A model generated the notes under the pieces. It made no database searches. It was not told the DNA's origin and saw only the letters and a program-made list of their open reading frames with translations. From assembly GCF_006345805.1 (NCBI RefSeq), contig NC_043011.1, forward strand, positions 5,270,001 to 5,334,000: a stretch of 64,000 bases of DNA, in the 5' to 3' direction. Made by a program: the position numbers and the translations under genes. Source of the DNA: Octopus sinensis (taxonomy: Eukaryota). Of the stretch, positions 51,449-63,209 are shown piece by piece; position 1 is the first letter of the stretch, and each line of letters opens with the position of its first letter.

Positions 51449-53556
51449 CTAGCAGAAATACCCGGCGTTGCACGGGTTAAAGAAAAAATTAAAATTTAAA
51501 AACGCCGTCTAGATTACGCAGGTCTCAACTGCTAGTAGCTAAGATACCAACTTTGTATGTAACTCTGCAACACATGCCAACATGGAACATAGACGTTAAG
51601 TGAAATGCGAAAAGAAAGTTTTCAACTGATATATGTATATAAAGTAAATACACGTTTGTCTAACTTATTTCGTAACCAAAAAAAAACAGGTACAGATTAT
51701 AAGCAATGAAAGGCCGTGCGTAGAGTACACAAGCACACTCACACACACACACAAACAGACAGCGAATATATCACGTTATTGTTTCACTTTTATACACACA
51801 GATATACATCCATGCATGTCAGTCGAAAAGTGAAAGTGTAATAGTGATACTTTAACACTCAATGGTTTTACACTTCTGTATATGACATGGACCTATGCAT
51901 CTTCATACACTGTTTTCTGTCTTGCCATGTTTATCGCTGAGAATGTAGAGGTTCTTTTCACCTCCAACTCTAGGACATCCAGCATACAACTGACCATGTG
52001 AAGACACAAGGTTGAAGGAGGCTAAGTCCCATCACCTTTAGAGATTGACCTTGAGCTTTGTTGATAGACATTGCAAAGCTAAGTTTGACAGGAAACTGCA
52101 GTCTCTTAAATTGAAATGGGAGATCATTTGAGATGAGAGGTATCCTTGGAATGAAGACATTGTAACCCTTCATGTTGTCATAATGAAGAAGCGGTTTCTC
52201 AGCTGCATAGGAGACTTGCACATTTGTGCCTCTGCCAGAGTAGTATCCCAGCGTGCATCATCTTCTAGAAGACCTCTGAGATGGCAAGCCTGGTGATATG
52301 TTTGACATACTGTGTTATAAGGCTGTAAATGATGTGGGTCCCTTAACATGGTGTAATAGAAGCCTTAGATAGTACAGGATTATGACTAAAAATTAGTTTC
52401 TTTGAACCAGGATTTACTGGTTATACATGACAATCCCCTACAAACCTATGCAACATCAGACGCTCAGTCTCCTGTCCTTTAGATAACCACTGCCTCACAA
52501 AAAACATCGTTTACAAGTGTACAGTATCAGCTGCCAACTGTAACTACATATGTATCGGCACATGCAGCACCTCCTTTAAAATGATAGTGAGTAACTACTA
52601 CTCCAGTTTCAAGTTCCAAACAAAATCCTCGAATTGAAGTGGGCTCCGGTGAATTATCAGAAATTCCCCACCCCCTTCTAAAACACCTACCCCGCAAAAT
52701 TTTGTATATTCGAAATCTACATGATATAACACATATTCGTAGAAAAGTTTAGTAAAAAATATGCATTTTTCTGAAAGTTATGATCATCCAAATTGGATAT
52801 GGGTGGGGACAGTTATGACAAATTTGACACTTTCCTTCCAGGCTTGGTTATATATGTATACAGAAATAAACGAGTGCCGAAGATAGTAAACAATGAAAAT
52901 GACTTGGTAACGGAAATTATATTTCTTAATACGACGGGCAGAAAGTAAATAAGAAATTTTTAACGGGAAATATTGTACGGGTTGGAAAGAAATTTGTCAC
53001 TCAGTGAACCAAAGAGGAACCATCGAAGGAACCAGAAAGAAGCTGACAACAGAAAAACACAAAAACATACGGATTGAAATGAAATTTAGGAAGACAGCTC
53101 TGTCAGTAAATTATGAAGTTACTTACATCAGTAATTGTGAACTTCTTTCTGTCAGTACTTCGTTGTTGTTTGTTTGTAGTAACGATTGAAAACTTAGTGA
53201 AAACAATAACACGGAGGTTAAGCAATTGAAGGTGAAAAGAATAGTGTCTGAAAATTGAAAGTGAAAACAAGAGCTATATATGTTACAGAGAGATAGAGAG
53301 ATATACATAAAGTTATGTTACGTCACTGGCGCTAGAAAACCGGAAGTCAATATTTTAAAACTTTCAAAGACGTGAATGTAATATAAAAAGCAATATTTAT
53401 TATTTCTAATAATTTTTAATAAAAAAAATCAAATGAACAGCCTTTTATTTGTCCGAGGTCAAATTATTCATGCATCACAAGTATGGAAGCAATTGGTGAA
53501 GCCGTTTTCGTGTGGTAAGTGAAGACGCACTCATCTCTATTTTATATATTATTAGA
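51449..53556 (-). mobile_element. Non-autonomous Helitron with internal RepHel fragments
   Basis: 5' TC after A; 3' hairpin CCCGTGCAACGCCGGG then CTAG before T. Fragments YYLRLLLHHVKGPTSF, TYHQACHLRGLLEDD and VFIPRIPLI...FKRLQFPVKLSFAMSINKAQGQSL (PIF1 helicase). Confidence 0.92.
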
Positions 53557-54749
53557 TATCTTTCTCTCTCTTTCTCTTTTACTTGTTTCAGTCATTTGAC
53601 TGCGGCCATGCTGGAGCACCGCCTTTAATCGAGCAACTCGACCCCGGGACTTATTCTTTTGTAAGCCCAGTACTTATTCTATCGGTCCCTTTTGCCGAAC
53701 CGCTAAGTAACGGGAACATAAACACACCAGCATCGGTTGTCAAGCAATGCTAGGGGGACAAACACAGACACACAAACACACACACACACATATACATATA
53801 TATATATATATATACATATATACGACAGGCTTCTTTCAGTTTCCGTCTACCAAATCCACTCACAAGGCTTTGGTCGGCCCGAAGGTGCGACGCAGTGGGA
53901 CTGAACCCGGAACCATGTGGTTGGTAAACAAGCTACTTACCACATATGTATGTATGTATTTATGTATGTATAGTTATATCTTTATATTGATATTAGATAT
54001 ATGACTTTTATCTTTTATTTGTTACAATCATTAAACTGCGGCCATGCTGGGACTGCCTTCAGTATTTTAGTCGAACGAATCGATACTAGTGCTATTTAAA
54101 AAGCCTATGTAGACTCAATCAGTCGGTAGGTTTTTTTTTTTACGGAATTGCTAGGTTACGGGGACTTAAACACGCCAACTCCGATTGGCAAGCAGTGGTG
54201 GAGAACAAGTACAGACACATATATGCGCGCGCACACGCACACACACACACACACACACACAATCAGCTCACAAGGTTTTGGTCGGCTTGGGACTCTAGTA
54301 GAAGACAAGCGCCCAAATTGCCGTGCAACTACCTACACAGGCACGCCTGCATGGCAAAAACGTTAGTACACCGGGCGAAATGCGTTGCCGTATTTCGTCT
54401 GCCGCTACGTTCTGAGTTCAAATTCCGCCGATGTCGACTTTGCCTTTCATCCTTTCGGGGTCGATTAAATAAAGTACCAGTTACACACTGGGGTCGATAC
54501 AATCGACTTAATCCGTTTGTCTGTCCTTGTTTGTCCCCTCTGTGTTTAGCCCCTTGTGGGTAGTAAAGAAATAGGTATTTCGTTTGTCGTCACGTTCTGA
54601 GTTCAAATTTCACCGAGGTCGACTTTGCCTTTCATCCTTTCGGGGTCGATAAATTAAGTACCAGTTGCATACTGGAGTCGATCTAATCGACTAGTCCCTC
54701 CCCCCCCAAAAAAAAAATTTCGGGCCTTGAGTAGACAAGAATATATACA

Positions 54750-55352
54750 TGCATGCATGCATACATACATACATACATACATACATACATACATACATAC
54801 ATACATACATACATACGTACGTACGTACGTACATACATACACACATACATACATACATACATACATACATACATACATACATACATACATACATACATAC
54901 ATACATACGTACGTACGTACATACATACACACATACATACATACATACATACATACATACATACATACATACGTACGTACGTACATACATACATACATAC
55001 ATACATACATACATACATACATACATACGTACGTACGTACATACATACACACATACATACATACATACATACATACATACATACATACATACATACATAC
55101 GTACGTACGTACATACATACATACATACATACATACATACATACATACGTACGTACGTACATACATACACACATACATACATACATACATACATACATAC
55201 ATACATACATACATACATACATACATACATACGTACGTACGTACATACATACATACATACATACATACATACATACATACATACATACATACATACATAC
55301 ATACATACATACATACATACATACATGCATACATACATACGTACGTACGTAC
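54750..55352. repeat. (CATA)n microsatellite with periodic CGTA variants
   Basis: About 600 bp, directly visible; explains the ORFs at 54654-55480. Confidence 0.97.
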
Positions 55353-55592
55353 GTGTGTGTGCGTATGCATATATATATTTTATCTTCTACTTGTTTCGGT
55401 CATTTGACTGTATGACATGCTGGGGTACAACCTTGAAGGTTTTAGTTGAACAAACCGACACCCCAGGACTTATTTTTTAAGCCGAACCGCTAAGTCACGG
55501 GCTTGTTAAACACACCAGCACCTGTTGCCAAGCAGTGGTGTGTGTATATACACACACGAGTGAGTGAGTGAATGAGAGAGAAAGAGCGAGAA

Positions 55593-55637
<45 letters not shown>

Positions 55638-55848
55638 CCTACATCAAAATGTTACTTTTGTAGGCCATTAAAAGTTATAAACAGATAAAAAATTATGACT
55701 TTAAACAATAGTTTTGCTTCCATCCCACAATTGGTCGATATATCAATGTAGCTGCAAGAATCAATACTCGACATTATAAATAGTACGTACGATATTAGAC
55801 TTGAGCAATGTTACAAATTATTATTTCTTGATGTCTAAAAGTCTAATA

Positions 55849-56275
55849 GGATCTTTTCGGTTTGAACGGCAGTTCTTTCTAGCGGTGTCATATGAAATTG
55901 TCACCCATAATTATGACCCTAGTATCGATCTATTGCATTTCTATCTGTTTTAGGGTTAGGGTTAGTTCGGGTTAGGGGTGGGGGAAGGGTATCTTTTTTT
56001 TCTTCACAAATGTAAATAAACCCAATCAGTTTCTTAAACGAGGGACATATTCATACGGCACAATGTTTTTTTTTTACCTCAATAGACGTCAGTGATTGGT
56101 TGAAATTGCAGAAATTGAAGAAAAAACAACAGATATCTTACAAACTATAGAATTTTCTCAATAAAGCCAAGAGAAAAAGATGTTTTATAAACACATTCTA
56201 CCAGTATACGAAGTTTAAAATTTTTTAGTTACCTAGAAATTATGTTAAAAACTGCCATTCAAACCGAAAAGATCC
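55849..56275. mobile_element. MITE, probably Merlin-type
   Basis: 26-bp TIR GGATCTTTTCGGTTTGAACGGCAGTT, perfect 8-bp TSD GTCTAATA (55841-55848 and 56276-56283), GG/CC termini, internal TTAGGG repeats. Confidence 0.88.
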
Positions 56276-56381
56276 GTCTAATATCATACGTTCTGCCAGT
56301 TGAGTATATTGCAAATATACTCAACGAAGTAAATGACTCAGCATTCCACAATTTTGTTCGATGGTACACAAACACACGCAC

Positions 56382-56412
<31 letters not shown>

Positions 56413-57920
56413 ACACACACACACACACACACACGTGCACATATATATATCCACTAGCATTCCCGTGTCGTCAAAAATGCCCACAGTTTTATTAGTGATA
56501 GAAAAGGGTGTATGAAAATAATGGGTGAAAGTGCTGATAAAATGTCAGTAATGGAGTAAATGTATGTATATACACAGAATTGAAGCACCTGAACAATCAG
56601 ACACTGTTGTGAAGACTAAGGTGAAAATATTATGATCCACGTAATGTGTGTGTGTGTGTGTGCATGTGATTTGAAAAAGGTATGTAAAAGATAATTTATT
56701 GTAATAGCGTACCATTCTGTTAGTAAACATATTTTTTCTTGCACACGCACACACACACACAAACACACATGCGCGAGCATACACACAAACACACACACAG
56801 AGTCTTGCTTAATATGGGGTGGGGTTAAAGATTTGTTGATGCTGCTGTTGTTGTTGAACGAACGGTCTTCGTCCCAGAGCTCACAAGCTGGGAGAAGTCC
56901 GAAACGTGGTCCTTTGCTATTCGTAAGACCCGCAGAAGAGAAAGCAGGTCAACCCCCGACAACGAGAGCATCGACGGATGGATGAATGCGCATCCAGGCT
57001 CAGCTGTTGCGTAGGAAGTCGGGGACATGAAACATGAAGAAAAAGTGAGAGAAAGTTGGGGCGAAAGAGTACAACAGGGGTCGCCACCACCCGCTGCTGG
57101 AGCCTTGGTGGAGCTTTAGGTGTTCTCGCTCAATAAACGCACACAACACCCGGTGTGGGAATCGTAACCGCGATCCTCCGACCACGCGTCTGCTGCCCTA
57201 ACCATTGGGCCATTGCCACTTGTTGATGCTGCTTAAATCTCAGCCAATTGACCACTGCATCATCATTCCGTGTAATCCGTTTATGAGGAGAAAAATATTG
57301 AATACACGACAAGAGTGATAAGGAAACGAGGAAGGTACCAGGTAGTTGTGAGATGTGCTAGAAAGAACAGTTAAATCTCCCTTAAATCACCTTTTCGTCT
57401 GAAAATCATTTTGAAATTATAAACAAATTGCAGATTCAAGCACTCCGTAATTTAAAACTATGACTAAAAACAAAATTCGGGAAAATGTCGAAATTTTAGC
57501 ATTTATTTTTAGTGAATTTTTTTTTTTTTAATCTCACTATAGTTTTTAAATTACGTTTCATTTTCTGTTTGAAAATGAAGGATGTGGGGACCGGAATCGG
57601 TGTCTCGCTGATTCTAAATTTATTTTTAAGCTCCGAGGATTCTCTCATCATTTTTAAGTGTGTTACTCTTTACTCTCTTTACTCTATTACTTGTTTCAGT
57701 CCTTTGACTGCGGCCATCCTTGAGCACCGCCTTTAGTCGAGCAAATCGACCCCAGGACTTATTCTTTTGTAAGCCTAGTACTTATTCTATCGGTCTCTTT
57801 TAGCCGAACCGCTAAGTTACGGGGACGTAATACACCAGCATCGGTGGTAAAGCGATGCTGGAATGTTGGTGGTACAAACACAAACACACAAACACAGACT
57901 CAACACACACACACACATAT

Positions 57921-57985
<65 letters not shown>

Positions 57986-58025
57986 GTATATATATTATAT
58001 ATATATATATATATATATTATTATA

Positions 58026-58072
<47 letters not shown>

Positions 58073-58906
58073 CGACGGGCTTCTTTTTTAGTTTCCGTCT
58101 ACCAAATCCACTCACAAGACTTTGGTCGGGGCCCGAGGCTATAGTAGAAGACACTTGGAACTGAACCTGGAACCATGTGGTTGGTAAGCAAAAAAAAAAA
58201 CAATATTGGCCAAAATCAGTACTGAGTATAGTGGCGTGATTGAAAAAAAAATTCAGTCTTTCAATTTTTTTTTATTTGTCTCCTGTTGTTTTTAAATACG
58301 TAGTGCGCAAAAAGGAAAAGGGGAGAGAGAGAGAGAGAGAAAAGGGGACAAACGCTATCCGAAAGTGGAGAAGGGAGATTGATAAATTTTCGTTTTTTCA
58401 TAAAAAGCTTCCTTCTGTCATTTGCAAGGGTGTTGTGAAAAACAAATTTGAAAAATTCTTATCAGAGCCGAGAAAATCCAACTTATTTGAGTGTATTATT
58501 CTTTTCTACTCTAGGCACAAGGTCCGAAATTTTAGGGGAAGAGGCCAGTAGATTAGATCGACCTCAGTACACAACTGGTACTTAATTTATCGACTCCGAA
58601 AGGATGAAAGGTAAAGTCAGCCTCTGCGGAATTTGAACTCAGAACGTAAAGACAGACGAAATACCGGCGTGCTAACGTTTCTGCCAACTCGCCGCCTTAT
58701 GAGAGTGTACTTTTCTGAAAGTACGCCAAAGACTTTCGGAATAGCACACCTACATAGCAAAAGTGTGAATATCAGCCGGCAACGACGGGATACTCAGCTA
58801 GTGTGTGTGTGTGTGTATGGACAGACCATAGTTGAGCTCCAGATTCGATAATTATACGAATGACGAGTCCAATGTAGGTCATGTATTAACATGTATATAT
58901 ATATAT

Positions 58907-59828
58907 GGCCTAGCATGTATAAAAATTCAATAGACAGCATATTCTCAATATAAAATAGTGTCTTTTTAATCACAAGAGAAACTACCTTTAACAGGTAGTT
59001 TTACACGCTAGAAGAAGCAGTCAAAACGACCAAAACCACATTTAAGAACAATTTCGAAGGGAATGAAAAATAAAAACTTTTAACTTGTTATTTTTTACGT
59101 ATATGATTTTAGCATTTCGAAGATCAGCTCGGCATTTTTCATTTACTGCCGACTGAAACTGCGCTTGCGCGGTGAATTTGAAAACATTATAACATATAAT
59201 GATGAGACACGTGTTATTTGTCTCTAAATTAAATGTTATGTTATGTATTAATGTTATTTTTGCGGTTGAAGCTTTGGCTGTTATTTCTAGTGGGTGAATG
59301 GCCTATTATGGCCGTTCCTTGATTGTTATGTTTGAACTTAAAAATGGTCTATGACTATTTAATTTTTTTCCCACTAGGCCGCTGGTGGCAAAAAAATTCT
59401 ACAAAATTTTTTGGCACCCTATATTGATTAATTATGAATTTTCTGGTTAATTCCGTAATGGAATCGGCGGCTTATATTTATTTGCTGCCGATAAATTTGG
59501 CGCGAGTGCGATGATTTGAAAATTTTAGGTCAGATATTGCCGAGGCGGGACGGAAAGCCTCGTGAAAAATATCTGTTCCGACTTGGCTATTTCTTACTGA
59601 TGATTCTAAGGGCCTATGGAAGATTGGCTTGATTTAATTTAATCAGTAGTTTACCATTAAACAGTAGATGAAACGGTGCATCGTATAAGAAAATTACAGG
59701 GTAATGTTTTTTTATTTTCTCCTGGTTTACGAATTGATGTTATTTTTGCGGTTGAAGCTTTGGCTGTTATTTCTAGTGGGTGAATGGCCTATTATGGCCG
59801 TTCCTTGATTGTGATGATATATATTATA

Positions 59829-59872
<44 letters not shown>

Positions 59873-60435
59873 TCTATATATAATAGTGTACAATAAACAC
59901 AAGAGAAGCTACCTTTAGCAGGTAGTTTTACACGCTAGAAGAAGCAGTCAAAACGACCAAAACCATATTCAAGAGCAATTTCGAAGGTAAGGAAAAATAA
60001 AAACTTTTACCCTGCTTATTTTCCTTTTACGATCATATCTAGATTTCGAATTTTTCTAGTAAATAAAATAACTTGCTAGGCGAAATTCTCATCAGTAACT
60101 GCGCCATAACATTAACATTTAATTTAGAGACAAATAACACGTGTCTCATCATTATATGTTATAATGTTTTCAAATTCACCGCGCAAGCGCAGTTTCAGTT
60201 CGGCAGTAAATGAAAAATGCCGAACTGATCTTCGAAATGCTAAAATCATATACGTAAAAATAACAAGTTAAAGTTTTTATTTTTCATTCCCTTCGAAATT
60301 GTTCTTAAATGTGGTTTTGGTCGTTTTGACTGCTTCTTCTAGCGTGTAAAACTACCTGTTAGGTAGTTTCTCTTGTGATAAAAAGACACTATTTTATATT
60401 GAGAATATGTGTCTATTGAATTTTTTACATGCTAG

Positions 60436-60438
<3 letters not shown>
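58907..60438. mobile_element. Foldback structure with about 340-bp inverted arms, internal direct repeats and a hammerhead; likely an inverted PLE pseudo-LTR arrangement
   Basis: 58907-59245 is the reverse complement of 60105-60438; direct repeat at about 59251-59326 and 59737-59812; third partial arm at 59898-60010; (TA)n flanks. Confidence 0.85.
60029..60102 (-). ncRNA. Minimal type I hammerhead ribozyme, canonical core
   Basis: GCAGTTA-CTGATGA-GAATTT...AAATTC-GAA-ATCTAGAT-A-TGATCGT: 6-bp stem II, palindromic stem III, AUA triplet. Confidence 0.82.
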
Positions 60439-60523
<85 letters not shown>

Positions 60524-60658
60524 GGGAGATGTACTCGCATAGCAAGTAATTTGATCTGAGATCGTGTGCTGAAACGAAAACAATTGCAGCGTGGAAGGTG
60601 TTTATAAGCCTTTAAGAAAACACACAAGGCCGTCGATTCACTTCAACATTAAGTTTAA

Positions 60659-60708
60659 TTTGTCAAAATATTTTCGTCGCTAAAATCCGCGACCTGTTCA
60701 CTGACAAA
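60659..60708 (-). ncRNA. Hammerhead-like motif with G3-C8 swapped core
   Basis: TTTGTCA-GTGAACA-g-GTCGC-ggatttta-GCGAC-GAA-AATATT-T-TGACAAA: perfect 7-bp stem I, 5-bp stem II, palindromic stem III. Confidence 0.75.
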
Positions 60709-60744
60709 GTCCGTGCTGCACTGGTTGGTATATATATATATATA

Positions 60745-61730
60745 CTGGACAGGATACAGACAAGGGGCAGAGATTAGTCAGAATATTGATGACGTCCTTT
60801 TCTGCTTGACTAGTCCCTAACAAATACAGACAAGGGGCAGACCTAATACAGCTATAAGGTCGTGATTGTCAGAATTTTGATGACGTTCCGTTCTGCTTGA
60901 CTAAGCCACCTAACGAAACGATTGGTCATAACAGGATACAGACAAGAGGCAGTTATAATACAGCGATAGGTCACGATTGGTCAGAATGTTGATGACGTCC
61001 CGTTCTGCTTGACTAAGCCACCTAACGAAACGATTGGTCATAACAGGATACAGACAAGAGGCAGTTATAATACAGCGATAGGTCACGATTGTCAGAATGT
61101 GATGACGTCCCGTTCTGCTTGCTAAGAGCCACCTAACGAAACGATTGGTCATAACAGGATACAGACAAGAGGCAGTTATAATACAGCGAGAGGTCACGAT
61201 TGGTCAGAATGTTGATGACGTCCCGTTCTGCTTGACTAAGCCACCTAACGAAACGATTGGTCAAAACGTTGATGACGTCACGCTACGCTGGACTGACCAT
61301 CTAACAGTGTTATAAAACCCGACAATTCACAAGATTCGCCAGAATCATCCAGCGAACACCCCCATTGGTCATCACAGTTGCTCAAGGTAAAAATGAATTC
61401 CTCGCTCTTTCAGGAACATCAATTTTTTATATGACTGCATTCCACCACTTTGATCTATTTTTTATATATCACCACCACGAACCACTGCATCATACACTTT
61501 AAACATATAGCATGAACGAACTCACTTCAAACTAAATATGAACTGTATGATGTCTGACTCCATTGTATATTATAAATGAATTTCTTATATTTGATAGCAT
61601 GAACTATCTTTTTTTATATATAACTTTTTTGATAAGGTTCATTTCAGGAACTGAAACATGTTATAATGTATATATAAAAATTAAAAATTGTATAATATAG
61701 CAGCATTTCGAACTTCATTTTTTACAAATA
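60745..61730 (+). mobile_element. Solo pseudo-LTR/3' UTR of the same PLE family as 49048-51390, with a 111-112 bp tandem array
   Basis: Colinear similarity to about 50690-51355 (GATTGGTC...GATGACGTCCCGTTCTG, CACAAGATTC, TTGATAAGGTTC...GAAACATGTT); flanked by (TA)n. Confidence 0.85.
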
Positions 61731-61778
<48 letters not shown>

Positions 61779-61819
61779 ATATATATATAGAATATATATA
61801 TATATATATATATATAAAT

Positions 61820-62524
61820 TAACAGAATAAGATAAAAAAAAAACAAGGCAGTGAATAGTTTTCATAACATTTATAAACAGAAGGTCCTCACAGCTGTTTC
61901 GAGTATTTTATATATCCCTTCATAAGGGACGGTGCGAGAGAATGTTTAAGTAATAGTTATAGATAAGACATGAAATACGAGTGAAGTGGAGGAATGAAAA
62001 CAGACGTGAGATACGTAAGGATATTGTATCTGCAGTTTCATTATTTAAGCAGAATGGTGTATATATAAGTTTCCTGTACGTTGTGTTTGAGTTTCATTGG
62101 TATTTGTAATTGGTCATTCCAAGCATAGAGTCTTGTAAACGGTGTTATTCGATGGAGGGCTTAAAAGTTGGGAATGTGTTTGTAAGGTCAAATCAAAAAC
62201 AGGAAGAGGGAGACAAAAAAGGTGGGGAGAGACAATAAATAAATGAAGAAAGAGGTGTGCTAGCTAGTAGTCAGGATAAAATGATAGAAGGAAGGGAGAG
62301 ATGAGGAGGAGAGAGAGAGGAAGAGATGAGAGGGTAAAGAGTAAAAGAGTGTGAGGTATGTTGTGATAGAGCTTAAGGGATTGGGCATAGAAAATATAGA
62401 GAAAAGGTACGGGATAAGGGTAGAAAAATTGAGGTGGAATGAAAACTGGGGAATATAAGTTAAGTTTCGTAAAAGGACGGGTTAGTACTGAATAATAGAA
62501 GAACTGAAGAATTTACATCTGTAA
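61820..62524 (-). mobile_element. Probable PLE 3' UTR remnant with a degenerate hammerhead
   Basis: Pyrimidine-rich minus strand ending in a hammerhead-like motif (61884-61930) next to (TA)n. Confidence 0.5.
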
Positions 62525-63173
62525 AGGCGCAGGAGTAGCTGTGTGGTAAGTAGCTTGTTTACCAACCACATGGTTCCGGGTTCAGTCCCACTGCGTGGCA
62601 TCTTGGGCAAGTGTCTTCTGCTATAGCCCCGGGGCGACCAATGCCTTCTGAGTGGATTTGGTAGACGGAAACTGAAAGAAGCCTGTCGTATATATGTATA
62701 TATATGTATATGTATGTATGTGTTTGTGTGTCTGTGTTTGTCCCCCTAGCATTGCTTGACAACCGATGCTAGTGTGTTTATGTCCCCGTCACTTAGCTGT
62801 TCGGCAAAAGAGACCGATAGAATAAGTACTGGGCTTACAAAGAATAAGTCCCGGGGTCGATTTGCTCGACTAAAGGCGGTGCTCCAGCATAGCCGCAGTC
62901 AAATGACTGAAACATCTAAAAGAGTAAAGATGTATACACCCATACGTATCTACACATGTATATAGACATTTACATACATCAACATATACATACGCATACA
63001 AAATCTTGTATGTTACATGCATTCATGTATATTCACATTCATTTGTATCCATTTTACTATATATAAATTCTTGCATACATAAATGCACACATACAGACTC
63101 GCACACGCGCATAAATGTATGAGAGCGTATATATACACACATGCACACACACATACACAGAGGCAGGTATGTG

Positions 63174-63209
<36 letters not shown>

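Noticed and set aside
54654-55480. Long ORFs on both strands (YVCM/HTYI repeats)
   Set aside because: Translation of a stop-free microsatellite; the same applies to the ORFs at 15689-16146, 17754-18410, 41013-41901 and 48792.
59597-59625. CTGATGA in the foldback interior
   Set aside because: No properly placed GAAA or stems I/III.
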